From contig CAVKMV010000003.1 in NCBI GenBank assembly GCA_963657675.1, positions 1,059 to 65,058 on the forward strand: a stretch of DNA of 64,000 nucleotides, given 5' to 3'. Both the position numbers and the translations under genes were made by a program. This DNA is from Ruminococcus intestinalis (GTDB lineage Bacteria > Bacillota > Negativicutes > Acidaminococcales > Acidaminococcaceae). This document shows positions 1 to 10,674 of the stretch, one piece after another. The notes below the pieces were generated by a model that worked only from the letters and a program-made list of their open reading frames with translations, was not told the origin of the DNA and did no database searches. Positions within the stretch are counted from its first letter, which is position 1. The number at the start of each line of letters is the position of its first letter.

Positions 1-823
1 GCACAGCAGCGCTCATGGTGCGCAGCGTCCCCTTCAGATGCACCCTGTCAGGAATAACGTTGTAGGCATCGCCCTCCGAATGAATGCTGCATACAGAAAG
101 CACCGCTGCATCCAGCGCACACACCTCGCGTGCCAGCAAATTTTGCAGCTGCTGCACCAGTCCCGTGGCAATCGTCACCGGGTCAACAGTGGTATAGGGA
201 TGCGCGCCGTGGCCGCCCCTGCCGCTGACGGTGATATCAAAATGGTCGGCACTCGCCAAAATCGCACCGCTCTGCAGACCGATTTCACCAGCATATAGAT
301 CGGGCATCATATGGCAGGCGCACACAGCAGCTATAGCGTCCAGCGGCGCACCCGGCGTTTCCAAAAGCAGCTTGGCACCGCCAAGGCCCTCCTCCGCCGG
401 CTGAAAGAAAAAGTACACCGTCCCTGCCAGCTGCCGGCGAAGGATCTTTAGCACCTGCATCGTCCCCAGCAAAATCGCCGTGTGCGAATCGTGGCCGCAG
501 GCGTGCATCACGCCGTCCACCTGGCTGCGCAGCTCGTGCTCCGCATCCTCCTGAATAGGGAGAGCGTCCATATCTGCCCGCAAAAGCAGTGTTTTCCCGG
601 GCAATGCTCCCTGCAGTTTGTACAAAAGGCCTGTAGGCCCCACGGTCAGCGGCTCGTCAAAGCCGCCCATTTCACGCACCCTCTTACGGATGAGCTTATT
701 CGTCTTATATTCCTCCAGCGCCAGCTCCGGCTGCTGGTGGAGGGCAGCATAGGCAGCGTAGGCAGCGGGCTCGGCCTCGGCCACCGCCGCAGTCAGGGCG
801 TGGCGCAAATCATCGTTTAACAT
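1..823 (-). CDS. M20D-family amidohydrolase (3' end runs off the window)
   Basis: Not in the ORF track. Manual translation from ATG at 823 gives MLNDDLRHAL...LHQQPELALEE...LRADMDALPI...MHACGHDSH...FQPAEEG...GRGGHGAHP, the hallmark M20D motifs. Last visible gene of the dapA-metNIQ operon. Confidence 0.9.
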   Translation of the reverse strand, partial: MLNDDLRHALTAAVAEAEPAAYAAYAALHQQPELALEEYKTNKLIRKRVREMGGFDEPLTVGPTGLLYKLQGALPGKTLLLRADMDALPIQEDAEHELRSQVDGVMHACGHDSHTAILLGTMQVLKILRRQLAGTVYFFFQPAEEGLGGAKLLLETPGAPLDAIAAVCACHMMPDLYAGEIGLQSGAILASADHFDITVSGRGGHGAHPYTTVDPVTIATGLVQQLQNLLAREVCALDAAVLSVCSIHSEGDAYNVIPDRVHLKGTLRTMSAAV

Positions 824-840
824 GTTATCAGGCTCTTTTC

Positions 841-1710
841 TTATTTATCACGCAGATAATCCGGCAGAATCCAGAACTTGCTCTGCGTCTTCATAAATTC
901 CTTAAACTCAGGCGATTTATAGGCAGCGATAACATCCTTCACCCACGGCTCGTCCTTATGCTTGCCGTTGACCACAAAGCACATCATGTTGGGAGCGAGG
1001 ATGTCCTCCTGACGCTCACCTGCCAGGGCGCTGTTAAAATCAATCTTGGCGTTATAGGCATCGCTGCCGCGCAGGATGATGAAGGCCACATCAGAGCGCA
1101 CACCTGCGATGTTGGGTCCCTTCATCAGCACAAAGTTGAGGTTATGCGGATTTTCAGCAATATCCTCCAGCTTGTATTTAGTAGGGTCAACATCCGCCTT
1201 CATCTTAATCAGGCCCACCTCCTTGAGCAGCTGCAGCGAGCGTGCTTCGTTGGAGGCATCGTTGGGAAAGGCAATCTTGTCGCCGTCAGCAATCTGCTTC
1301 AGGTCGCTCTTAGCGCCGGCGTAAATGCCCGCAGGAACGGTCGGTATCTGCAGTGCGGGATACAAATCGGTCTTCTGGTCCCTGTTGATGGTCTTGACAT
1401 AGGCGGAGTGCGAATCGATATGCATATCAATTTCGTCCTCGCTCAGGGCCAGCTCACGCTGTACGGAATCGGTAATTTCTACCGGCTGCAGCTCGTAGCC
1501 CTGCTTTTTCAAAATAGGGACGACGCCTGCCTCAAACATATCGCTGGTGGCGGTCGGCAGGCGGCGGTATTTAATCACCTTATGCTGCTTAGCTCCCTCG
1601 CTCAATTTGACGTTAGCGTTATCTGCCTTGCTGTCACTGCCGCAGCCCAGGGCAAAAAGCGCCAGGAACGCACCCAAAACTGCTACTGCTGTCAATTTAT
1701 GCTTAAACAT
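841..1710 (-). CDS. metQ: MetQ/NlpA-family ABC substrate-binding lipoprotein
   Basis: Lipobox LALGC, PNDASNEARSL motif, adjacent to metI and metN. Confidence 0.85.
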   Translation of the reverse strand: MFKHKLTAVAVLGAFLALFALGCGSDSKADNANVKLSEGAKQHKVIKYRRLPTATSDMFEAGVVPILKKQGYELQPVEITDSVQRELALSEDEIDMHIDSHSAYVKTINRDQKTDLYPALQIPTVPAGIYAGAKSDLKQIADGDKIAFPNDASNEARSLQLLKEVGLIKMKADVDPTKYKLEDIAENPHNLNFVLMKGPNIAGVRSDVAFIILRGSDAYNAKIDFNSALAGERQEDILAPNMMCFVVNGKHKDEPWVKDVIAAYKSPEFKEFMKTQSKFWILPDYLRDK

Positions 1711-1724
1711 TTTCTACACTTCCT

Positions 1725-2390
1725 TTACACATGTCTAAAGCTTTGTGCCAGATAATTACCAAGACTTTGGATTAACTGCACCAAAATAATCAAAATAATC
1801 ACCGTCACCGCCATCAGCGGCATATTCAGGCGCTCATAGCCATAGGTCAGCGCCAGGTTGCCCACGCCGCCTGCGCCGATAGCGCCGGCCATCGCCGTAG
1901 AGCCCAGCAGGCCGATGGTACCAGTCGTAATCGCCAAAATCAGCGACGGCATGGCCTCGGGCAAAAAGAAGTAGCGGATAATCTGCCAGGTCGTCGCTCC
2001 CATGGACTGCGCTGCTTCGATGATGCCACCCTGCACCTCCAAAAGCGAGTTTTCAAACAAGCGCGCCAGGTAGGGGGCGACGTGCAGAACCAGGGGGATG
2101 ATGGCCGCCGTGGTGCCAATCCTCGTGCCCACCAGCGCCTTCGTCAGCGGCATTACCGCCACGATAAATATAATGAAGGGAATGCTGCGCACGATGTTGA
2201 CGACGGCGCTCAAAATAGCGAACACCCACCTGTTGGCCAGCGGCCCGCGCTCACGCGTCAGCACCAGCACCAGAGCGATGAACATGCCCAAAAACGCACC
2301 GGCGAAGAGCGACACCGCCACCATGTAAATTGTCTGGTTGGCTGCCAAAAGCAAGGTAGAGGCAGGCACGTGCAAATATTGCTGTATCAT
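1725..2390 (-). CDS. metI: Methionine-type ABC permease
   Basis: RSIPFII, IEAAQSMGA (EAA loop), GAGGVG. Confidence 0.9.
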   Translation of the reverse strand: MIQQYLHVPASTLLLAANQTIYMVAVSLFAGAFLGMFIALVLVLTRERGPLANRWVFAILSAVVNIVRSIPFIIFIVAVMPLTKALVGTRIGTTAAIIPLVLHVAPYLARLFENSLLEVQGGIIEAAQSMGATTWQIIRYFFLPEAMPSLILAITTGTIGLLGSTAMAGAIGAGGVGNLALTYGYERLNMPLMAVTVIILIILVQLIQSLGNYLAQSFRHV

Positions 2391-3412
2391 CAGGCAGTTA
2401 CCTCCTTCACCTCATAATTTTGCCGCAGGTGCGCTTCCAGACGCGCTAGCTCCGCGGTCTCACCCTTGGCCAAAATGCCCACGCTGGTCAGAATCGACCC
2501 CTGCATCTCCATAACCGACATCGACAGGGTTTTGATTTCCAGCCCAAAGGCAGCACGCAGACCGGGCACCAGCGTATCGCAGACGTTGCCGTCGAGGATG
2601 CGCAGCTTGAAGATTTTCGCCGGTCCCTCCTCCGCCAGCGCCCTGCTGAAGATGGTTTCGGGGATAAAGTCATCCACCACCAGGTTGATAAAATCCTTGG
2701 TCAGCTGCTCCTTAGGATGGGCAAAGATATCCTTGACAGCCCCCTGCTCCACAATTTCTCCATTAGCCATCACAGCGACCTTGTTACAGATTTTGCTGAT
2801 GATATTAATCTGATGCGTAATCAGCACAATCGTAACGTTCAGCTCTTGGTTGACGCGGCGCAGCAGGTGCAGAATGGAATCCGTGGTCTTGGGGTCCAGC
2901 GCGCTCGTCGGCTCGTCGCAGAGCAAAATGCTGGGGTTGGTGGCCAAAGCGCGGGCAATACCCACACGCTGCTTTTGTCCGCCGGAAAGGTTTTGCGGAT
3001 AAACATCCAGCTTATCGCCCAGCTCCACAAAGTCCAGCATCTCCAGCACCTTTTGGTGGATTTCCTCCTTAGGCGTATTGTTGAGTAAAAGCGGAATAGC
3101 GACGTTATCATACACGGTCTTGGAATTGAGCAGGTTGAAGCTTTGGAAGATCATCGAAATATCCTTGCGCGCCCTGCGCAAGGCAGCGCCGCCCAGTTCA
3201 TTAATCACCTTATCACGCACCACCACCCTGCCACTTGTGGGCAGCTCCAGCGCGTTAATCAGGCGCACCAGCGTAGATTTGCCGGCGCCGCTGTAGCCGA
3301 CGATACCGAAAATATCGCCCTCGTCCACCGTTAAATTTATATTTCTGCAGGCCTCGACGGTTTTGCCCTTCAGCCTGAAGCTTTTATTAACGTTTTGTAA
3401 ATCTATAATCAT
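2390..3412 (-). CDS. metN: Methionine-type ABC ATP-binding protein
   Basis: GYSGAGKS, LSGGQKQRV, CDEPTSALDP, C-terminal NIL-like region. Confidence 0.9.
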   Translation of the reverse strand: MIIDLQNVNKSFRLKGKTVEACRNINLTVDEGDIFGIVGYSGAGKSTLVRLINALELPTSGRVVVRDKVINELGGAALRRARKDISMIFQSFNLLNSKTVYDNVAIPLLLNNTPKEEIHQKVLEMLDFVELGDKLDVYPQNLSGGQKQRVGIARALATNPSILLCDEPTSALDPKTTDSILHLLRRVNQELNVTIVLITHQINIISKICNKVAVMANGEIVEQGAVKDIFAHPKEQLTKDFINLVVDDFIPETIFSRALAEEGPAKIFKLRILDGNVCDTLVPGLRAAFGLEIKTLSMSVMEMQGSILTSVGILAKGETAELARLEAHLRQNYEVKEVTA

Positions 3413-3432
3413 GCAAATGGCCCCCTGGGTGT

Positions 3433-4344
3433 TCAGACACTATATTTTTCCAAAACTCCCATCTTCTCCAGCAGCTGCTCCAGACGCTTCAGGTCCACGC
3501 CTTCATAATCCTCATAAGGCTTGCGCAGATGACCGCCGGGCAGACCCAAAAGCTTGAGCGCGGCCTTAATCACGATGGGGTTAGAATAGGTGTACAGCTC
3601 CATCAGAAGCGGGAACCACTTAAAGTATTCCTCGCGGCATGCACGCACAATCTCCATGCTTTCCCAGGGACGTGAATATTTGGCAGCCTCGGCGGGAATG
3701 ATGTTGCCGCCGATGTTGGCCGTGCCGCTGCCGCCGACCGCCAGCGTGGGAATGACGATGGAGTAGCCGGGAGCGTCGCAGCACATAATCTTCACCTTGC
3801 CGCCGCACAGGCGCTGCACCTGCACCAACTGCGACACATCGCCTGTCGCCTCCTTGTCCACTACGAAGTTGGCGTGCTTATCCGAAAGCAGCTTAATCGT
3901 TTGCGGCGCAACCTGCACGCCCAGGCGCGAGGGGTTGTTATAAATACCACAGGGAATGGAAACCGCGCTCATACATGCATCCAGATGATGGTAGGCCGAA
4001 TGCTGCGGCACCAAAACATAGGGCGGAACAGTGAAGACCACGCCGTCAGCGCCGCTTTCCTCCACATATCGGGCAAATTCAATGCTCTGCTCCGTTGTGA
4101 GTGCTGCTGCCGAAAAGAACACCGGGATTCTGCCCTTAGTCATTTTGATGACCTCTTTGACGATCTGCTTTTTTTCCTCCAGCGACAGCAGCGTCACCTC
4201 GCCGGCAGAGCCCAAAACAAATAGCTGTGACGTACCATATTTTATCTGCCTGTCGATGAGCACCTTAAAGCCATCAAAATCAATTTCATTCTTTGCTGTA
4301 AAGGGTGTAGGCATTGCCACCCAGGAACCATTCAAGTTAATCAT
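3433..4344 (-). CDS. DapA/NanA-family (dihydrodipicolinate synthase-like) aldolase
   Basis: TPF, GSAGE, PPY, YNNPSR, KEA Schiff-base Lys, NPIVIKAAL. Confidence 0.85.
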   Translation of the reverse strand: MINLNGSWVAMPTPFTAKNEIDFDGFKVLIDRQIKYGTSQLFVLGSAGEVTLLSLEEKKQIVKEVIKMTKGRIPVFFSAAALTTEQSIEFARYVEESGADGVVFTVPPYVLVPQHSAYHHLDACMSAVSIPCGIYNNPSRLGVQVAPQTIKLLSDKHANFVVDKEATGDVSQLVQVQRLCGGKVKIMCCDAPGYSIVIPTLAVGGSGTANIGGNIIPAEAAKYSRPWESMEIVRACREEYFKWFPLLMELYTYSNPIVIKAALKLLGLPGGHLRKPYEDYEGVDLKRLEQLLEKMGVLEKYSV

Positions 4345-4401
4345 TTTCTTCCCCTCCTAAGCAATCTATACTAACTTGGTATGTTTAATAGGTTACGTAG
4401 G

Positions 4402-4430
4402 ATTATACGCCCTTAGCTGGCAAATGTCAA
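4402..4430 (-). promoter_or_regulatory. sigma70/sigA promoter of the dapA-like-metNIQ-amidohydrolase operon
   Basis: Perfect TTGACA-N17-TATAAT on the minus strand. Confidence 0.75.
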
Positions 4431-4468
4431 GCCTTCCAGTGTAAAATTTCCTCTTTTTAAGTGTAAAA

Positions 4469-4500
4469 GAAAAAGAGTTACACACTTAAGTGTAACTCTC
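4469..4500 (-). terminator. Rho-independent terminator of proBA
   Basis: GAGTTACAC-acttaa-GTGTAACTC hairpin followed by a U-tract on the minus strand. Confidence 0.7.
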
Positions 4501-4534
4501 AAAGTTTAATTACCTTTATTTTGCTATGAATTAC

Positions 4535-5791
4535 TCAACCACGTACCTGGCCATTGCCACAGATCAGATACTTGGTACTCGTCAGCTCCGGCAGGGCCAT
4601 GGGTCCACGCGCATGCAGCTTTTGCGTGCTGATGCCGATTTCCGCACCAAAGCCAAATTCGTTGCCGTCAGTGAAGCGGGTGGAAGCGTTAACATAGACA
4701 GCCGCCGCATCCACAGTATATTGAAAGAGCTGCGCTGCCTGGTAGTTGTTGGTCACAATACATTCGCTGTGACCCGTGCCGAACTTGGCAATGTGCTCCA
4801 TAGCCTCTTCTATGCTGGCCACAACCTTGACGGAAAGGCGCAGGTCGCCATATTCCGTCGCCCAGTCCTCGTCCGTAGCAGGGCGCACCTGGCCGCTATA
4901 TTCCTGCACAGCGCTGTCACCGCGTACCTCCACGCCCGAAGCATTGTACATCATGAGCATCGCAGGCAAAAACTTATCCGCAATATCCTTATGCACCAAA
5001 AGCGTTTCCATCGCATTGCACACAGACGGGCGCTGCACCTTGGCGTTAAAGGCGATCTTCATCGCCATATCCACGTCCGCGTCCTTATCCACGTAGGTGT
5101 GGCATACGCCCGCACCCGTTTCGATAACAGGAACGCTGGCATTACGCACCACGGCCTGGATAAGGCCTGCCCCGCCGCGGGGAATGACCACGTCCACCAG
5201 CCCGTTCATGTGGATTAAATCCTGCACCGCCTGCCTGTCGCTGGTGTCCACAAACTGGATAGCTCCCGCCGGGATGCCGTTTGCTTCGGCGGCCTGCGCC
5301 AAAACCGCCGCCACGGTCTTGTTGGATTCCATAGCCTCACTGCCGCCCTTCAAAATCACGGCATTGCCCGATTTGAGGCACAGGCCTGCGGCGTCCGCCG
5401 TAACGTTGGGACGCGCCTCGTAAATAATACCGATGACGCCGAGGGGGACGCGGACCTTAGTAATATGCAGGCCGTTAGGCAGGGTTTTGCCGTCCACCAC
5501 GTTGCCCACGGGGTCAGGCAGGCCGGCCACCTGGCGCAGGCCGTCAGCCATGCCGCCAATGCGCTCCGCCGTCAGCTTTAAGCGGTCCAGCATCGAGCTT
5601 TTCATGCCCTTGGCCTCAGCCGCCTGCATATCGCGCGCATTCGCCGCCAAAATTTCTTCCTCGTGCTCCGTCAATGCCTGTGCCATAGCCACAAGCGCCG
5701 CGTTCTTCACCGCCGTAGAGGTTACAGCCAGCTTAGCTGCCGCCTTTTTTGCTGCCTGCGCCTTTTGTAGCACCAAATCATATGTTTCCAT
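4535..5791 (-). CDS. proA: Gamma-glutamyl phosphate reductase
   Basis: VIGIIYEARPNV, CNAMETLLVH, NASTRFTDG, GAEIGISTQKLHARGPM; start adjusted to the ATG after RBS GGGGTGA. Confidence 0.97.
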   Translation of the reverse strand: METYDLVLQKAQAAKKAAAKLAVTSTAVKNAALVAMAQALTEHEEEILAANARDMQAAEAKGMKSSMLDRLKLTAERIGGMADGLRQVAGLPDPVGNVVDGKTLPNGLHITKVRVPLGVIGIIYEARPNVTADAAGLCLKSGNAVILKGGSEAMESNKTVAAVLAQAAEANGIPAGAIQFVDTSDRQAVQDLIHMNGLVDVVIPRGGAGLIQAVVRNASVPVIETGAGVCHTYVDKDADVDMAMKIAFNAKVQRPSVCNAMETLLVHKDIADKFLPAMLMMYNASGVEVRGDSAVQEYSGQVRPATDEDWATEYGDLRLSVKVVASIEEAMEHIAKFGTGHSECIVTNNYQAAQLFQYTVDAAAVYVNASTRFTDGNEFGFGAEIGISTQKLHARGPMALPELTSTKYLICGNGQVRG

Positions 5792-5806
5792 CTGCTTCAC
5801 CCCGCC

Positions 5807-6946
5807 TTACAAAATAACCAAATCATCACGATGGATAACCTCATCGTAATTTTTATGACCCAAAATATCAGCTATATCACTTGACCTGCAGCCCTTAATC
5901 TGCTCCAGCTCGTCCGAGGAATAATGCACCAGTCCGCGCGCCAGCTCATGCGCGTCCTTATCCAGCACACGCACCGTGCTGCCTGGCAAAAAGCTGCCCT
6001 CCACCGCTGTGATGCCTGCCGGCAGAATGCTGCAGCCACCTGCCTTATGGATAGCCCGCACGCAGCCATCGTCCACCACGATGCTGCCTGCAAGCTGCGC
6101 GCCAAACGCCAGCCAGCGCTTGCGGAACTGCAGACGGTTTTCGCGGCTCACAAAAAGCGTGCCGATTTCCTCGCCCTGCAAAATGCGCGCAATAGCGTTC
6201 TTTTCGGTGCCACTGGCAATGACCAGGTTGATGCCGCTGCTGGTTGCTGCCTTAGCCGCCTGGATTTTGGTCGCCATGCCGCCTGTGCCGCGGGTAGAGC
6301 CCACGCCGCCGGCGCTCGCCTCCACCGCGGGGGTGATTTCCAGCACCTGCGGCACAATCTCCGCATCGGGATGCGTCTGCGGATTGGCGGTATACAGGCC
6401 GTCAACGTCCGACAAAATAATCACCAGGTCCGCATCGGCAATGCCTGCGACCAGTGCCGACATATTATCGTTATCGCCAATTTTTAATTCGTCCAAGGCC
6501 ACAACGTCGTTTTCATTGACAACGGGAATGACACGCTGGCGCAAAAGCTCCATAAAGGTGTTACGCGTGTTGGTATAACGGTGGCGGTCAATCGCCTCCG
6601 TCTTGGTGATGAGCACCTGCGCCACAACCTGGCCGTAATCGGCAAAGAACTTTTCGTAGGTGTGCATCAAAACGCCCTGACCCACGGCAGCAGCAGCCTG
6701 CTTGCCCGGTATCGTCTTGGGCTTGGCAGGCAGACCCATGCGGTCCACACCCACCGCCACAGCACCACTGGTAACAAGAATCATCTCCTTGCCCTGGTTC
6801 TGCAAATCGCTGATTTCGCGCGCCAGACGGTCAATCTGCGCAAAATTACGCTTACCGTTGGCGTAGGTAATCGTGCTCGTACCCACCTTAATAACTATAC
6901 GCTGCGCCTTTTTTAAGGCCTCGCGGTTAAATTCATTGTTCAACAT
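5807..6946 (-). CDS. proB: Glutamate 5-kinase
   Basis: VIKVGTS, NENDVV, GDNDNMSA, GTGGMATK, C-terminal PUA domain. Confidence 0.97.
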   Translation of the reverse strand: MLNNEFNREALKKAQRIVIKVGTSTITYANGKRNFAQIDRLAREISDLQNQGKEMILVTSGAVAVGVDRMGLPAKPKTIPGKQAAAAVGQGVLMHTYEKFFADYGQVVAQVLITKTEAIDRHRYTNTRNTFMELLRQRVIPVVNENDVVALDELKIGDNDNMSALVAGIADADLVIILSDVDGLYTANPQTHPDAEIVPQVLEITPAVEASAGGVGSTRGTGGMATKIQAAKAATSSGINLVIASGTEKNAIARILQGEEIGTLFVSRENRLQFRKRWLAFGAQLAGSIVVDDGCVRAIHKAGGCSILPAGITAVEGSFLPGSTVRVLDKDAHELARGLVHYSSDELEQIKGCRSSDIADILGHKNYDEVIHRDDLVIL

Positions 6947-6973
6947 TTCCCCTCACCTGCAATTATAAAATTA

Positions 6974-7134
6974 AACTAATACTCCTAGGAGACGTCGTAA
7001 AGTAGATGGTGTGTTATCCACAGTCTATTTTCCTAGACTGCGGAGAATGTGCCAGATACGAAGCGACGGCGACGACGCCGTATAACTAATACTGCTAGGA
7101 GACGTCGCAAAGTAGATGGTGCATTATACGCAGT

Positions 7135-7137
<3 letters not shown>
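6974..7137. mobile_element. MITE/REP-like element: full 104-bp copy at 7034-7137 plus truncated copy at 6974-7027
   Basis: About 26-bp imperfect terminal inverted repeats TAGACTGCG...CGCAGTCTA with TA ends; a 54-bp segment is directly repeated at 110-bp spacing. Confidence 0.6.
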
Positions 7138-8430
<1,293 letters not shown>

Positions 8431-8487
8431 CTATAGCTAGATACACTTGCTTATATTATATCTTATTACACAAGCAAAACGCAATAT

Positions 8488-8537
8488 AAAAACTACCCTC
8501 TGTCATGCTCTGTCCAACATGACTAAGGGTAGTTTTC
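8488..8537. terminator. Long hairpin, probable terminator downstream of the SLC13 gene
   Basis: AAAACTACCCT...GTCATG / CATGAC...AGGGTAGTTTT with T-tracts on both strands. Confidence 0.55.
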
Positions 8538-8780
8538 TACATTATATCTTATATATATCGCCAATGTCCCCTAAGCCAATATATACAAGAAAGAAGGAAT
8601 TTGTAATTTTAGCATTTGCTGAAGCCTAACGCGTCTTTAAGCTTCAGACCTGTGTATAATAAATTGTTCTCTATCCCAAGACTCACTGCTTCGGCAGTCC
8701 GCCCCGCGCTGTGCGGGGCGATGCCGGCAGCTTCAGAAAGGTGGTTAGACTAACTAAATGGTGTGCTTTCTACTAATTAA

Positions 8781-10058
8781 TTATGCTGCAGTCGGGAAGA
8801 ACGGCCATACGATAGGAATAACAATGATTGCTACTACCATGCTGACTACTACCAAGCCGCCGCCGCATTTTACAAAGTCCATGAATTTGTATTTGCCAGG
8901 GCCAAGCACCAGGGTGTTCGGAGGAGTACCTACCGGGGAAGCGAATGCACAGCTGGAGGCAATCAGGATTGCCATCAGTACAGCCTTCGGGGATGCGCCC
9001 ATCTGAGCGGACAGGGCAATACCTACCGGGCAGAGCAGAGCCTTAGAAGCGGTGTTGCTCATGAACTGGGTGAGGATAACTGCCAGGCCGAAGAGCACTG
9101 CAGTTACCAGGTACGGAGACGGGTTGCCGCCCATCATGTTTACAGTAACCTCGGCAATGAGCTTGCCGGCGCCGCTGGTGTTCATAGCGGTTGCTACAGG
9201 AATCATGCCTGCGAACAGGAAGATGGTGATCCAGTCGATGGAGTTATAGGCTTGTTTCTCAGTGATGCAGCCTGTCAGTACGCACAGTACCGCTCCGACA
9301 ACAGCAGCCAGTTCCAGAGGAACGATGCTGGTTGCCATAGAACCGATAACGCCAAGCATGATAACAGCGCAGATCATTTGCTTTCTGGGAGTGGTGTTGG
9401 TAGCATCAATTTCCTGCTCAACCTCTACAGACTCATCAGTCTTTGCTTCCGGCAGGATGTACTTGCCTACAAACATCATGTAGATGATACCTGCGATGGT
9501 GATAGGAATACCGATGTAGGCATATTCGAAGAAGCCAAATTGCAGCTCCGGCATACCTGCTGCCTTCAGAGCAACGTTTGCCAGGATGTTAGGCGGGGTA
9601 CCAATCAGGGTGCAGGTGCCGCCCAGGCCGGCTGCGAAGGCCAAAGGCATCAGTTGACGGGACGCAGACAGCTTAGCCTGTGCGCAGATACCCATAACAA
9701 CGGGGATCAGGCAGGCAGTGGTACCAGTGTTAGACAGGAAGGCGGACATAGCAGCCGCGATTACCATAATACCAAACATCAGACTGTTTTCATTGGTACC
9801 AAAGAGCTTAACAACAGCGCCGCCAACCTTTTGAGCAAGGCCGGTATAGAACATAGCAGCGCCAACGACGAACATGCCGCCGAAAAGAACTACAGTAGAA
9901 TCTGCAAGGCCCAGGAAAATCTGATTTTCCGGAACAAGGCCCAGCGCACTGCAGGCTACGGCAGCCAGGACTGCGGTCATAGCCAGCGGAATCAATTCAG
10001 TTACGAATAACAGTGCAACTACTGCGAGCAGGATCAAGCATTTAATTGCTGGTGTCAT
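8781..10058 (-). CDS. SLC13/DASS di-/tricarboxylate permease (paralogue 1)
   Basis: Two SNT motifs (LSNTG, MSNTA) and two GTPPN motifs, many transmembrane segments. Confidence 0.92.
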   Translation of the reverse strand: MTPAIKCLILLAVVALLFVTELIPLAMTAVLAAVACSALGLVPENQIFLGLADSTVVLFGGMFVVGAAMFYTGLAQKVGGAVVKLFGTNENSLMFGIMVIAAAMSAFLSNTGTTACLIPVVMGICAQAKLSASRQLMPLAFAAGLGGTCTLIGTPPNILANVALKAAGMPELQFGFFEYAYIGIPITIAGIIYMMFVGKYILPEAKTDESVEVEQEIDATNTTPRKQMICAVIMLGVIGSMATSIVPLELAAVVGAVLCVLTGCITEKQAYNSIDWITIFLFAGMIPVATAMNTSGAGKLIAEVTVNMMGGNPSPYLVTAVLFGLAVILTQFMSNTASKALLCPVGIALSAQMGASPKAVLMAILIASSCAFASPVGTPPNTLVLGPGKYKFMDFVKCGGGLVVVSMVVAIIVIPIVWPFFPTAA

Positions 10059-10074
10059 AAAAATTTCCCTCCAC

Positions 10075-10272
10075 TTATTTCTTCTTAAATAGGTTTACAT
10101 ATTGGAATGTGTTGACAAAAAGCCTGCCATCCTCGCCACGATGAGGGAAGACCTTGCCTTCCTTCTTCCTGTTTTCGATAGCGCGATAGTAAAACTTCTT
10201 ATCTACCTGTTTCAGGTACTCCCGAATCTTAAAATCTTCTTTTTCATCATTAATGATAAGTGCAATGTCCAA
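10075..10272 (-). CDS. 65-aa hypothetical microprotein (KVFPHxGE family)
   Basis: TTG start with RBS AAAGGAG; 16 nt upstream of the SLC13 gene; motif shared with 10675..10854. Confidence 0.75.
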   Translation of the reverse strand: MDIALIINDEKEDFKIREYLKQVDKKFYYRAIENRKKEGKVFPHRGEDGRLFVNTFQYVNLFKKK

Positions 10273-10325
10273 AACCTATCAGCTCCTTTCCCGTTCCTTT
10301 TGGAGAGTGCCTTTCACTGTTAGAG

Positions 10326-10380
10326 ATTATACAACATATTCCAAAATAATAAAAATACCTAGTTGGAATGAAAGTTATAT
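10326..10380 (-). promoter_or_regulatory. Promoter P1 with conserved upstream activator box
   Basis: TATAAT at 10326-10331; TTCCAA box 31 nt upstream. Confidence 0.6.
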
Positions 10381-10428
10381 ACTTTTTAATATAAATTAGT
10401 TACTTAATTCTATAGCACACAATTGATT

Positions 10429-10483
10429 ATTATACTACAATGAGTGCTTTAATAAAAATACCTTGTTGGAATATAAGTTATGA
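10429..10483 (-). promoter_or_regulatory. Promoter P2 with conserved upstream activator box
   Basis: TATAAT at 10429-10434; TTCCAA box 31 nt upstream. Confidence 0.6.
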
Positions 10484-10501
10484 CTATACCGCATATTTTT
10501 C

Positions 10502-10568
10502 AAAAACAAAAAGCCAGTGTATGACGATGCACAAGGAAGGTACTATAACAACATCGTCACACGCTGGC
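10502..10568 (-). terminator. Terminator with a 17-bp stem and 22-nt anti-SD loop
   Basis: GCCAGCGTGTGACGATG / CATCGTCATACACTGGC followed by TTTTTGTTTTT. Confidence 0.7.
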
Positions 10569-10591
10569 AAAATTAATATATCTTAATCAGC

Positions 10592-10669
10592 TTACAGCAG
10601 AATATTCTTCAAGCATTTAATGTAGCGTTCTCTATCTAGTTCTCTTAAGTAGTTAATTACGAAGCTCAT
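10592..10669 (-). CDS. 25-aa microprotein MSFVINYLRELDRERYIKCLKNILL
   Basis: Manual translation; ATG lies 5 nt after the upstream stop; aligns without gaps to YLKQVDKKFYYRAIEN of 10075..10272. Confidence 0.5.
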   Translation of the reverse strand: MSFVINYLRELDRERYIKCLKNILL

Positions 10670-10674
10670 GTCCC

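Noticed and set aside
6947..7134. Proline T-box leader for proBA
   Set aside because: No T-box consensus (GGTGGNACCGCG) or specifier stem; the region is explained by the MITE copies
8447..8629. 60-aa plus-strand ORF
   Set aside because: No RBS; it runs through a terminator hairpin and the obgE promoter region
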